The notes beneath the pieces are model-generated. The model saw nothing but the letters and a program-made list of their open reading frames with translations. It ran no database searches and was not told the DNA's origin. Positions 30,701-41,394 of a DNA stretch of 64,000 nt are shown piece by piece; positions within the stretch are counted from its first letter, which is position 1, and each line of letters begins with the position of its first letter. Made by a program: the position numbers and the translations under genes. This DNA comes from an uncultured Gemmatimonadales bacterium (lineage in GTDB: Bacteria; Gemmatimonadota; Gemmatimonadetes; Longimicrobiales; Gaopeijiaceae), in the NCBI GenBank assembly GCA_963823035.1, contig CAWGKG010000004.1, positions 436,081 through 500,080 of the forward strand. The letters run 5' to 3'.

Positions 30701-30904
30701 ATCTACACGTGGGGGCTCCAGCTCGTGGACGGCTCGTCGCTGCGCATGCCCCGCTCGCGGGTGCGCGGGCACGACGGCCAGGTCATGGAGCGTAATCCGC
30801 GCCCGGTGGACGTGGAGGTCGTGCGGCCGATGGGCGAGAGCTACACCGGCCGCGACAGCCAGCTCGACGCTGCGGTGCGTGTGTTGACCGGGGGTGGACG
30901 GTAG
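27724..30904 (+). CDS. Tricorn-like S41 peptidase with PD40 beta-propellers and PDZ (frameshift ~30110)
   Basis: Signal peptide; many SPDG repeats; MVGELNASH; LGYVHMADM; IDIRNNHGG; TLSDGEDF. Confidence 0.92.
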
Positions 30905-30925
30905 CGCACGCCGGTCGCCGGCGGC

Positions 30926-32311
30926 TCAAATCCAGAAGCGGATGAAGTGGCGGTGGAGGCGGGGCTCGTCCCCGTCGTCCGCCGCGCCGCTTCCGGGTGG
31001 CGGCGGGGCCTCGAACACCTCGAGAAGGTGCGCGCCGGACGTCAGCGCCTCCGTCGACAGGTACGCCACGAGCCCGTCGATGCTCGCCCCGGTCCCCGCA
31101 TCCAGCACCCAGTCGGGACGCACCGGATTGCCGTCCAGGCGCACGGTCCACAGCCCGGCCAGGCAACCGATGAGGGCCTCTTCCTCGCCCGGCCCCGGTG
31201 GCGGATCCGCGAGCGACGTGCCGATGGGACCGCGGCGGCTCAGCGTCGGCAGCGTGGGACAGCGCTCCCGCATGCGCGCGGCGTCCCGGCGCGCGACGAA
31301 CGGAAGGCGCAGGCGCACGTACGGGCCCTCCACGACGTCGGACTGGATCGTGGGGAGGCCCCGGCTGGCGGCGATGTTGGACGCGCTCTCGTAGTAGCGC
31401 CCGTCGGCGGTGGCCGACCCCGGGCGCGTCGGGAAGGCCTCCGATGCGGAGACGACCAGGTCGCCCGAACGCACCTTCTCGCCGCCGACGAAGAGGCCGA
31501 TGAGGACCACGAACACGCCCCCGAGCACGCCCCACATCGCACGCCGGCGCAGGTTGCTGAAGAGCGTGAACTGGATCGGCATGAGCAGCGGGCCGGCGAA
31601 CAGCAGATAGTTGGCGCGCAGCACGGCCCGAAGCAGCCGTGCCGGGCGGCCCGCGCCGTCCAGGCGCGCGCCGAGCAGCCGGTCGATGCCGACGGCCAGG
31701 AGCGGCACCGCCACGATCGCCAGGAGCAGGACCCACCACACCGTGCCCAGCGCCGCGCCCGGGAAGACCCAGCGGCGCAAGCCGAGCGCGCCTAGACCGG
31801 CCAGGGCCGCCACCGTGCTCGACAGGACGAAGAGGAGCACGATCCAGAAGGCGAAGGAGAAGATCGTGCTGCCGAAGTGGTCCGCGCGGCGAGCCATCGC
31901 GGGTAGGGTGCGGAAGGCCTCCTGGTAGGTACGCTTGGCGATCGGTCCGTAGCGGATCCGTTCCCAGCGGATCCCGTCGGGGAAGACGGAGTCGAGCCCC
32001 AGGAGCCCGACCCAGTAGGCGCGCGCGATGATGTGGACCGCGAAGGCGCCCACCAGCGTGAAGACCATCAGCTTGGCGTAGTACCAAACCACGAACACGG
32101 TGGTGAAGTACGGGCCGCTCAGGCTGAGCGCGATCGAGTCCCACCATGCGTCGAGGTGGCTGGGGACCTGCGTGAGGGCCACCAGCATCCCGCCGGAGAT
32201 GATCAGCTCCACCTCGCCGGTGAGCTCGTGCAGGCGACGCGCCCACGCGCGGTCGGGGTCGTCGGGTGCGGTGTCCGGCGCGGCGTCGGAGGTCGTTTCT
32301 GGGCTTTGCAT
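30926..32311 (-). CDS. Conserved hypothetical membrane protein
   Basis: ELIISG, ARAYWVGLLGLDSVFPDGIRW, several TM helices, soluble C-domain (PTIQSDVVEGPYVRL). Confidence 0.8.
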   Translation of the reverse strand: MQSPETTSDAAPDTAPDDPDRAWARRLHELTGEVELIISGGMLVALTQVPSHLDAWWDSIALSLSGPYFTTVFVVWYYAKLMVFTLVGAFAVHIIARAYWVGLLGLDSVFPDGIRWERIRYGPIAKRTYQEAFRTLPAMARRADHFGSTIFSFAFWIVLLFVLSSTVAALAGLGALGLRRWVFPGAALGTVWWVLLLAIVAVPLLAVGIDRLLGARLDGAGRPARLLRAVLRANYLLFAGPLLMPIQFTLFSNLRRRAMWGVLGGVFVVLIGLFVGGEKVRSGDLVVSASEAFPTRPGSATADGRYYESASNIAASRGLPTIQSDVVEGPYVRLRLPFVARRDAARMRERCPTLPTLSRRGPIGTSLADPPPGPGEEEALIGCLAGLWTVRLDGNPVRPDWVLDAGTGASIDGLVAYLSTEALTSGAHLLEVFEAPPPPGSGAADDGDEPRLHRHFIRFWI

Positions 32312-32384
32312 GGCCCCATTCTTGGCGCACCTACCCTCCCCGCGCTACCATGGGCGGCCTGCCCACCGTCACCGGAGCGCGCCC

Positions 32385-32711
32385 ATGCCGCACGATCCCG
32401 CCGCCAACGCCCGTCGGCGCCCCTCGGTCACCGACCCGGAGGCCCGTGCGCATCAGCAGGCGTACTGGCGCACGAACGTGCGCTACGTGTCGCTCCTCCT
32501 GGTGGTGTGGTTCGTGGTCTCGTACGGCTGCGGCATCCTCCTGGCGGAGCGGCTGAACGCCTTCCGGATCCCGGGCACCGGCTACCCCGTGGGCTTCTGG
32601 TTCGCGCAGCAGGGGAGCATCTACGTCTTCGTGGTGCTCATCTTCCTCTACGTCTGGCTGATGAACCGGCTGGACCGGGCCTACGACCTCGACGAGGTGG
32701 ACGAGGGATGA
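32385..32711 (+). CDS. DUF4212 small membrane protein (SSS partner)
   Basis: AYWRTN..LLVVWFVVSYG..GYPVGFWFAQQGSIYVFVVLIF..MNRLD. Confidence 0.9.
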   Translation: MPHDPAANARRRPSVTDPEARAHQQAYWRTNVRYVSLLLVVWFVVSYGCGILLAERLNAFRIPGTGYPVGFWFAQQGSIYVFVVLIFLYVWLMNRLDRAYDLDEVDEG

Positions 32712-34429
32712 ACGTCCAGTCCTGGACGTTCGTCCTGGTCGCCGCGTCGTTCGCGCTCTACATCGGCATCGCCGTGTGGACGCGCGCCGGCTCCACGCGC
32801 GAGTTCTACGTGGCGGGTGGAGGCGTGTCTCCGCTCGCCAACGGGATGGCCACGGCGGCCGACTGGATGAGCGCGGCGTCGTTCATCTCGATGGCCGGGC
32901 TCATCTCCTTCATGGGCTACGACGGCTCCGTCTACCTCATGGGATGGACGGGCGGCTACGTCCTCCTCGCGCTCCTGCTCGCGCCCTACCTGCGCAAGTA
33001 CGGCGCCTTCACGGTGCCCGACTTCGTGGGGGACCGCTACTACTCTCAGGTCGCGCGCGTGGTGGCCGTGGTGTGCGCGATCTTCGTCTCGTTCACGTAC
33101 GTGGCGGGTCAGATGCGCGGCGTCGGCATCGTCTTCTCACGCTTCCTGGAGGTGGACGTCACCACGGGCGTGGTCATCGGGATGACGATCGTCTTCTTCT
33201 ATGCCGTGCTCGGAGGGATGAAGGGCATCACCTACACGCAGGTGGCGCAGTACTGCGTGCTCATCTTCGCCTACATGGTGCCGGCGATCTTCCTCTCGCT
33301 CCTGATCACGGGCCACGCCATCCCGCAGATCGGGCTCGGCGGCGTCGACCAGGGCTCGGGGCAGCTCCTCCTCGAGCGGCTCAACGGGCTGCACCAGGAG
33401 CTGGGCTTCGCCGAGTACACGTCCGGGACGAAGTCCACGCTGGACGTCTTCATGATCACGGCGGCGCTCATGGTGGGCACGGCGGGGCTGCCGCACGTGA
33501 TCATCCGCTTCTACACGGTGCCACGCGTGCGCGACGCCCGCCTGAGCGTCGGGTGGGCGCTCGTCTTCATCGCCGTGCTCTACACGACCGCGCCCGCCGT
33601 GGCCGTCTTCGCCCGCACGAACCTCCTGGCCAACGTGGCCGGCCGGCCCTACGCGGAGGTGCCGGAGTGGTTCCACAACTGGGAGGCCACCGGCCTGATC
33701 GGCTTCGAGGACAAGAACGGCGACGGCCGCATCCAGTTCGTGGGTCCGGCCGCGCGCGACGCGGCCGGGGCGCCGATCGCGAACGAGCTTCGCATCGACA
33801 ACGACATCATGGTGCTCGCGAACCCCGAGATCGCCGGCCTTCCCGCGTGGGTCGTCGGGCTGGTCGCCGCCGGCGGGTTGGCCGCCGCGCTGTCCACCGC
33901 GGCGGGGCTGCTGCTCGTGGTGTCCACGGCGGTGAGCCACGACCTCCTCAAGCGGGGGCTCCGTCCCGACATCTCGGAGAAGGGCGAGCTGGTGGCCGCG
34001 CGCATCGCGGCGGGGGCGGCCGTGCTCGTGGCCGGATACCTGGGCGTTCATCCACCCGGGTACGTGGCGCAGGTGGTGGCGTTCGCCTTCGGCCTCGCCG
34101 CGTCCTCGTTCTTCCCCGCGATCATCCTGGGGATCTTCTCGAGGCGCACCACGCGCGAGGGCGCGATCCTGGGCATGGTGTCCGGCATCACTTTCACGGC
34201 GTCGTACATCGTGTGGTTCACGCTCGTGCATCCGGAGCTGAACGACGCCACGCATTGGTGGTTCGGGATCTCTCCGCAGGGGATCGGCACCGTGGGGATG
34301 GTCCTCAACTTCGTGGTGACGTGGACGGTGTCGCGCTTCACGCCGGAGCCGCCGGCCCACGTGCGGGTGCTGGTGGACCTCATCCGCGTGCCGCGCGGCG
34401 CGGGCGTGGCCCACCAGATCGACGGCTGA
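32708..34429 (+). CDS. Cation/acetate symporter ActP-like SSS transporter
   Basis: NGMATAADWMSAASFISMAG, GWTGGYVLLALLLAPYLRK, GTAGLPHVIIRFYTVP, GGLAAALSTAAGLLL. Confidence 0.93.
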   Translation: MNVQSWTFVLVAASFALYIGIAVWTRAGSTREFYVAGGGVSPLANGMATAADWMSAASFISMAGLISFMGYDGSVYLMGWTGGYVLLALLLAPYLRKYGAFTVPDFVGDRYYSQVARVVAVVCAIFVSFTYVAGQMRGVGIVFSRFLEVDVTTGVVIGMTIVFFYAVLGGMKGITYTQVAQYCVLIFAYMVPAIFLSLLITGHAIPQIGLGGVDQGSGQLLLERLNGLHQELGFAEYTSGTKSTLDVFMITAALMVGTAGLPHVIIRFYTVPRVRDARLSVGWALVFIAVLYTTAPAVAVFARTNLLANVAGRPYAEVPEWFHNWEATGLIGFEDKNGDGRIQFVGPAARDAAGAPIANELRIDNDIMVLANPEIAGLPAWVVGLVAAGGLAAALSTAAGLLLVVSTAVSHDLLKRGLRPDISEKGELVAARIAAGAAVLVAGYLGVHPPGYVAQVVAFAFGLAASSFFPAIILGIFSRRTTREGAILGMVSGITFTASYIVWFTLVHPELNDATHWWFGISPQGIGTVGMVLNFVVTWTVSRFTPEPPAHVRVLVDLIRVPRGAGVAHQIDG

Positions 34430-34430
34430 G

Positions 34431-34962
34431 GTGCGTCCCGCACGCGGAGTGCCCAGAGCCGGGGTGCGCGAGCCGCTCGCCGTGGGCGCGCTCCTCCTGA
34501 GCGGCCTTCTGGCGCTCGATGCGTGCGGCGGAGGCCGACCGCGGCCGGACCGCGGCGGAAGCGACGGACAGCGTGGACGTGCCGGTGGTGATCCCGGTGC
34601 CGGAACCGCTGGAGGCATCCCCCGAAGCTCCGCTCGAAGAAACGGAATGGAGGCTGGTCGCGCTGCCGGGGGCACCCGATCCTCCCCAAGGAGCGCGGGC
34701 CACGCTCGTCTTCGCGCACGAGGGGGGCTTCGTGCGCGGCAACACGGGGTGCAACGACTTCGACGGATCGTGGGAGATGGCGGGGACCCGCCTCACGCTC
34801 GGCCTGGGTGAGATCGGCCGTGCGTCCTGCGCGCCGGAGGTCGCGCGGCTCGAGACGGACTACCTGGAGGCGCTCCGGCGCGCGGGGAGCTACCGTTTGC
34901 GCGGGGACACGCTCGACCTGCTGGGGGCACAGGGCGTCGTGGCCCGCTTCGAGGCACCGTAG
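34431..34962 (+). CDS. META-domain lipoprotein (frameshift near the N-terminus)
   Basis: Lipobox LDAC; LEETEWRLVAL, GNTGCNDF, C....LETDYLEAL. Confidence 0.8.
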
Positions 34963-35001
34963 GGCGCGCCGAGGACACCGCGGGACCCGGGAGGTGGGAC
35001 G

Positions 35002-35757
35002 ATGGATCTGCTGATTCGGAGGTTCGCGGCGGTCACCCTGATGCCGCTGCCCGTCTGCCTCGCGCTGGGCGTCGTCGGGTGGGTGCTGTGGGCTCGTGGC
35101 CGCCGGAAGAAGAGCGGGCAGGCCCTCGTCGCGCTCGCGCTCCTCCTCCTCGCGGTGCTCGGGCTCCCTCCGGTGGGCTCCGCCCTGGTCGGCCGTCTGG
35201 AGCGAGATGTGCGCCCCTTCTCGGGCGGCCCGGTGGACTACGTGGTGGTGCTGGGCAGCGGCCACGTCTCGGACGCCGAGCTACCGGTCAGCTCGCGCCT
35301 CTCCGAGGTGGCGCTCTTCCGCCTGGTGGAGGGACTGCGCATCGCCCAGGCCCAACCGCTGTCCACGCTCGTCCTCTCGGGGTACGGCGGCGCCGATCCG
35401 CGCCCCAACGCCGAGGTCTACCGCGACGTCGCCATCGCGCTGGGGTTCCCGGTCGCGCGCATCGTGACGGAGGGGCGTCCTCGCACCACGAGCGAGGAGG
35501 CCGAGCTGCTCGAGCCGCTTCTCCGTGGACACCGCTTCGCGCTCGTGACGTCGGCCACGCACATGCCGCGCGCGCTCGCCATCTTCGAGGCGCGCGGCCT
35601 GACGCCGGTGCCGGCGCCCACGGGCTATCTGGGCACGCGCGGTCCAGGCTTCCGCGCGCTCGACCTGGTGCCCGACGCGGGCGCACTCTCCCTCACGCAC
35701 CGCGCCTGGTACGAGGCTCTCAGCCGCTTGTGGGCTCGTATTCGCGGGGACCTCTGA
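35002..35757 (+). CDS. ElyC/SanA/YdcF (DUF218) envelope protein
   Basis: Two N-terminal TMs; VVVLGSG, RLVEG, LSGYGG, RTTSEEA, LVTSATHMPRA, PAPT. Confidence 0.9.
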   Translation: MDLLIRRFAAVTLMPLPVCLALGVVGWVLWARGRRKKSGQALVALALLLLAVLGLPPVGSALVGRLERDVRPFSGGPVDYVVVLGSGHVSDAELPVSSRLSEVALFRLVEGLRIAQAQPLSTLVLSGYGGADPRPNAEVYRDVAIALGFPVARIVTEGRPRTTSEEAELLEPLLRGHRFALVTSATHMPRALAIFEARGLTPVPAPTGYLGTRGPGFRALDLVPDAGALSLTHRAWYEALSRLWARIRGDL

Positions 35758-35852
35758 GGCGAACAGACAGGCGCGGTAGCGGACGGGCAACCCTCGACGC
35801 GGCGGGGCGCATCTACACGCGTAGTAGAACCCGAACAGGACGGACCGCCACC

Positions 35853-37032
35853 ATGCGCAGACTTCTCGTCGACCTCTCCGCAGCCGCTCTCGCGGCCGCC
35901 TTCCTCGCTCCCGCGCTCTCGGCCCAGACTTCGCTCGGTCGGCCCGAGGCACGGCTCCCGGACGACTTCGGCTCGATCCAGACGGTGCGCGAGCTGCCGG
36001 ACGGCCGTGTTCTGGTGGCCGACCCGCTCGGCAAGGCGCTCTACGTCGTGGACCTGGACGCCGGCACCCGCGAGGTCGTGGGCTCGGAGGGGCAGGGACC
36101 CCAGGAGTACCGCCAACCCGACGCCGTCTGGCCGTTGCCGGGCGACTCCACCCTCCTGGTCGACCTCGGCAACGCGCGGCTCGTCGCCGTGGGGCCGGGG
36201 ATGGAGTTCGGGAGGACCCGTCCGATCAGTCAGGGCGACTTCCAGCCCGGACAGCCCCTCGTGTTGGCCATCCCGCAGGGCGTGGACGCCCGGGGCGCCA
36301 TCTACTTCCGCTCCATGGGCAGTGGCGGGATGGGCGGCGAGCTCCCGGACACCGCGGACATCCTGCGCCAGCCGCTCGACGGCGGGGCGTCCTCCACGGT
36401 CGGGCACTTCAAGGTGCAGGACCGCAAGGTGAGCCGCTCCGGCGGAGCCCAGAGCCAGAACGTGAGCATCGAGCAGATCCCCCTGTCGCCGGAGGACGCG
36501 TGGGGCGTGGCGGCGGACGGCTCGGTGGTCATCGCCCGGGCGGGCGACTACCACGTCGAATGGGTGGGCCCGGACGGGAAGGTGACCCGCGGGCCGACCG
36601 TCACCTACCGGCCACTCGGCATCGGCACCGCGCGAGAAGGAGGAGTACGTCACGGAGGCGGGTCGTTCAGGGGGCGGCATCGGCGTCCAGGTGCAGGTCG
36701 TGAACGGAAACCCCTCCATGTCCTTCCAGCGCGGAGCGGGTGGCGGGCCGAAGCGCGAGATCGACGGCTACACCTGGCCCGAGCGCATGCCGCCGATCTA
36801 CGGGGGCCGCATCCCGGTCGACCCGTCCGGACGCGCGTGGGTGCGGCGGCACGTCGAGGCGGGCGAGCGTAGCACGTACGACCTCTTCGACCGGGCGGGG
36901 AAGCGCGTGGGCACCGTCACGCTCGATCCCGGCGACCGCGTGATCGGCTTCGGGAAGCGGGGCGTGTACGTCGTCGCCTTCGACGAGTTCGACCTGAACT
37001 ACCTCGAGCGCTACGCGATGCCGTCCTTCTAG
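35853..37032 (+). CDS. Secreted 6-bladed beta-propeller (NHL-like) protein (frameshift ~36630)
   Basis: Signal peptide ..APALSAQ; VRELPDGRVLVAD, GSEGQGPQEYRQP, VDPSGRAWV, YDLFDRAG. Confidence 0.8.
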
Positions 37033-37060
37033 GCCTCCGCCCAGGCCTGCGCGTTCGGGC

Positions 37061-38327
37061 TCAGCGTACCTCGGCCCCGGCGACGTAGACCGCGGAGAGC
37101 GTCCGCGTGGCGGACACGTCCGCGAGCGGGTCGGCGTCGAGAACGAGGAAGTCTGCCCAGCGGCCCGGCTCGAGCGTGCCCACGTCGGTCAGCCCCAGGC
37201 AGTCGGCCGCCACGCCGGTCGCGCTGCGGAGGATCTCCTCGGGCGTCATCCCGGCCTCGGCCATGAGGGCGAGCTCCATGTGCTCGAAATAGCCCGGGAA
37301 GCGGCCGGCCGGCCCCGAGTCGGTGCCCATGGCCACGGGGATCCCCGCGTCCACGAGCGTCTTCAGGTTCTTCTGGGCCTGACGGAGCGCGACGCGGTAG
37401 CGCGCTGCCGCGGGGCTCGCGGCCGTCCGGCGCATCTCCTCCGGGCTGGAGAGCCGCGCCATCTCGGAGCGGTCCGCCCAGCGCAGGAAGAAGGGATCGT
37501 CGAAGAAGTCGGGGTGCTCGCCGTAGACGAACGTCGACACCTCGCGGGTCAGCGTGGGGACGTAGCAGACGTCGGTGTCCCGGAGGAGCGCCACCAGCTC
37601 GGCGTCCACGTCGGCGTCGCGCACGGAATGCGCGATCAGCCCCGATCCCATGCGCAGGAGGCGCTTGGCGTCGTCGAGATAGAAGAGATGGGTCGCCACG
37701 CGCATGCCGCGCACCCGCGCCTCGTCCATCACAGCCTGCACCACCGGCCACGGCATCTTCTCCGTGGTGCCGAGGTTGTCGTCGACGCGGATCTTGATCC
37801 AGTCGACGCCCGCGTCCGCGTTCGCGTCCACGGCCGCCTTCGCCTCCGCGGCCGAAGAGCCGCCGATGACCGGCCCCGCGAAGTGCAGACGCGCACGCCC
37901 GAGCCCGGGCCGGTCCTGGGTGCGCCTCACCGCTGCGGCCTCGGGCGGCTCGTCGCCCAGGCTGTTCACGGTGGTGACGCCGTAGCGAGCGTAGAGGAGG
38001 AGGTCTCCTTCGATGCGCGCGACCGTGTCCTCGGTGCCCGCCGCCGCCCACCGTCCGGTGATGTGTCCATGGGCGTTGATCAGCCCGGGAACGACCCAGT
38101 GCCCGGCGAGATCGACGACCGTGGCCCCCGCGGGCACCGAAGCGCGGCCGACGGAGCGCACGCGCCCGTCCTGCACGACGAGGGTGGCGTTCGGTAGGGC
38201 GGGGGCCCCGGTGCCGTCCCACAGCGTGGCGCCCGTGAAGGCGACGGTCTGGGCACGCGCGGGCGCCGCGGCGACGACGGCGAGAACCGTCAGGGCGGGC
38301 GAGGCATCCGGCTCGAAGGCAGGTCAT
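37061..38327 (-). CDS. Secreted amidohydrolase-family protein (frameshift in signal peptide)
   Basis: AFTGATLWDGTG, PGLINAHGH, YGVTTV, IKIRVD, ATH, AHSV, MGTDSG, GTLEPGRWADFLVL. Confidence 0.9.
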
Positions 38328-38489
38328 GCTGCGGACGGTATGCATGGGGCCGCGCCTGCGCCAGAGCGCTCGTCGGGACGCCGCGGGGCCATTTCGCCCC
38401 GCCCCTCGCGCGGGCGCCGCCGACGCCTAAGATGGTCCGCGACGCGCGCACCCACGGCGACGCCGGCCACCCGGCGAGGAGTCATCGGC

Positions 38490-40395
38490 ATGACGCGAAC
38501 CACGACCGGAAACGCCCTCCTCCTCCTGATGGCGGCCTGTGCCTTCCCGTCCCCGGGACCCGGACTCGAGGCGCAGACCGTCCACCGGCTCGCGGCGTCC
38601 CCCTCGACGGTGGCCTGGGGCTACTACTGGGCCGAGGCGAAGCCGGTGCTCCGCGTCCGTTCCGGGGACATCGTGGAGGTCGAGACGCTGCTCACCTCCA
38701 GCCCCACGCGGTTGGAGGGGGCGGGGGTTGCGGCCCAGGACGTCGAGCCGGCCCTGCGCGCCGTCTACGACCAGGTGCAGGACCGCGGACCGGGCGGACA
38801 CATCCTGACCGGGCCGATCTTCGTGGAGGGTGCCGAGCCGGGCGACGTCCTGGAGGTGAAGATCCTCTCGATCGGCCTCCCGATCGCATACGGCTACAAC
38901 GGATGCAGCGGCTTCCTCCCCGACCGCTGTGGCGATCCGCGTATGCGCGTCCTCGCGCTCGATCGATCCGCGATGACGTCGGAGGTGCTCCCGGGGGTCA
39001 CCATCCCGCTGCAGCCGTTCTTCGGGAGCATGGGCGTCGCGCCGCCTCCCGCGGAGGGTCGCGTCAGCAGCAATCCCCCCGGGCGGCACGCCGGCAACCT
39101 GGACAACCGCGAGCTCGTGGCGGGCACCTCGCTCTTCATTCCCGTGCACGTGCCCGGCGCCCTCTTCGAGGTGGGCGACGGCCATGCCGCGCAGGGCGAC
39201 GGCGAGGTCGACCAGACGGCCATCGAGACCTCGCTCACCGGCCGCTTGCAGCTCGTCCTGCACAAGGGGCAGAAGCTCGCCTGGCCGCGCGGCGAGACGC
39301 CCACGCACTGGATCGCCATGGGCACGGACGAGGACCTGACCGTGGCCACGCGCGTGGCGGTCGAGCAGGCCATCGAGCTGCTCATGGACGTGAAGGGCCT
39401 CCCCCAGGTGGAGGCGTACCGCCTGGTGAGCATCGCGTGCAGCGTGCGCGTGACCGAGCTCGTGGACGGGAAGGTCGGCGTGCACGTGATGATCCCGAAG
39501 TCGATCTTCGGCGACCAGGCACGGCGCGGAGCGACCGATGCGAGCGTGGACGCCGGGACGCCGGTGCATCACACCGTGCGCGCCGACGGGCACCCGATGG
39601 CGCTCTGGGAGAAGCGGCCCGAGGTGCCGCAGGCGGTGGTCCTCCTCCTGCACGGGCGTACGTGGAGCGCGCTCCCGGACTTCGACCTGCACGCGCCCGG
39701 GGAGAACCTCTCCGTGATGGACGCGCTGGTGGCCCGCGGGTACGTGGCGTACGCGCTCGACCAACGCGGCTACGGCGCGACGCCGCGCGACGACAGCGGT
39801 TGGCTCACGCCCGACCGGGCGGCCGACGACGTGGCGGAGACGCTCCGGTGGATCCGGGCCCGCGAGCCGGACCTGCCCGTGCACCTGCTGGGGTGGTCGC
39901 AGGGGTCCCTCGCCAGCCAGCTCCTCGCGCAGCGGCATCCGGAGCTCGTCGACCGACTGGTGCTCCTGGGCTATCCGCCGCTGCCCCCGAACCTCCCGGC
40001 GGACGATCCGTCGGGCGAGCCGCCACGTGCGGCCAACACCGCGGAGGCCGCCGCGAGCGACTTCATCACGGAGGGCTCGATCAGCCCCGCCGCCCGTCGA
40101 CGCGTACGTACGGGCGGCGCTGGCCGCCGACCCGGTGCGGGTGGACTGGACGCATCAGGATCAGTGGAACCAGCTCGACCCGGCTGCGGTGACGGTGCCG
40201 ACGCTGGTGATCCATGGCGAGGGCGACCCGATCGCGCGTCCCGACGGGCAGGCCGCGCTGTTCGAGAGGCTGGGCACCTCGGACAAGGCGTGGGTCGTGG
40301 TGCCCGGCGGCGACCACGCGGTGCTGCTCGAACGTCCGCGCGGGTACTTCATCGACGCCGTCGACACCTTCCTGCGCGGGGGGGCCGGGCGATAG
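38490..40395 (+). CDS. Acetamidase/formamidase domain fused to an alpha/beta hydrolase (frameshift ~40095)
   Basis: Signal peptide; GHILTGPIFVEGAEPGD, GNLDNREL, GDGHAAQGDGEV; then LLHGRTWS, DQRGYG, GWSQG, HGEGD, GGDH. Confidence 0.85.
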
Positions 40396-40417
40396 CGGCC
40401 CGGTCCGGGTGGGGCGC

Positions 40418-40726
40418 TCAGGGATCCCAGCCGAAGCGGTCGAGGTCGATGCGGTCGCGCGCGTCGAAGACCACGCCCTCCGCCTCGAGCAGGACGCGCT
40501 GGATGCGCTCGAAGGCGGTTCCGCCCGCCCGGCGGCTGACCTCGCCACGGGCGTTCACCACGCGGTGCCACGGCACGTCGGCGTCGTCCGGGAGGGCGGC
40601 CATGCAGTACCCCACCTGGCGCGCGCGGCCGGGGAGGCCCGCCTCGTGCGCCACCTGTCCGTAGCTGGCGACGCGACCGGGCGGGATCCGACGCACCACG
40701 TCGTGTATTCGGGAATAGTTGCTCAT
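40418..40726 (-). CDS. Alkyltransferase-like protein (Atl/YbaZ, MGMT family)
   Basis: IPPGRVASYGQVA, ARQVG, PWHRVV (Trp replaces the catalytic Cys), LEAEGV. Confidence 0.9.
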   Translation of the reverse strand: MSNYSRIHDVVRRIPPGRVASYGQVAHEAGLPGRARQVGYCMAALPDDADVPWHRVVNARGEVSRRAGGTAFERIQRVLLEAEGVVFDARDRIDLDRFGWDP

Positions 40727-40782
40727 CGGGAGGAAGGCTGCCGCGTGCGCGGCGCCGACGCAAACCACGGGAGGGGGAGGTC

Positions 40783-41313
40783 ATGACCCACGACGTACGG
40801 TATCCCACGGGGAAGTTCGTGCCCAAGGGGGCGGCCCTAACGGCCGAGGAGCGGGACACGCTCATCCAGCGCATCGAAGCGCTCCCCGGAGAGCTGCGCG
40901 CCACGCTCCAGGGACTCGGGGAGGAGCAGCTCGACACGCCCTACCGTGACGGAGGGTGGTCGCCCCGGCAGATCGCGCACCACCTCGCGGACTCGCACCT
41001 GAACGCCTTCGTCCGCATGAAGCTCGCGCTCACGGAGGAGCGCCCGACGATCAAGCCCTACGACCAGGAGGCGTGGGCCACCCTGCCGGACGTCGAGGGC
41101 GTGCCGGTCGAGTCGTCCCTGCAGATCCTCGACGGCCTGCACGCCCGGTGGACGCGACTCCTGCGTGCGATCCCCGCGGACGGATTCGCGCGACCGGTGA
41201 TCCATCCGGAGATCGGCGACATCGACGTGGGGCTTCTCCTGGAGCTGTACGGCTGGCACGGCCGTCACCACGCGACGCAGATCAAGGAGTGGCGAGCCCG
41301 ATCGGGGTCGTGA
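40783..41313 (+). CDS. YfiT/BstA DinB-superfamily thiol transferase
   Basis: RYPTG, LDTPYRDGGW, HHLADSH, PTIKPYDQEAW, YGWHGRHH. Confidence 0.9.
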   Translation: MTHDVRYPTGKFVPKGAALTAEERDTLIQRIEALPGELRATLQGLGEEQLDTPYRDGGWSPRQIAHHLADSHLNAFVRMKLALTEERPTIKPYDQEAWATLPDVEGVPVESSLQILDGLHARWTRLLRAIPADGFARPVIHPEIGDIDVGLLLELYGWHGRHHATQIKEWRARSGS

Positions 41314-41394
41314 GCCGACCGGAGCCAGGCATGGCGCGTCAGGCGCCGCCCACTACCTTAGGGGTCTTCCATCCCCCTGTTCCAGAGTCGAGCC

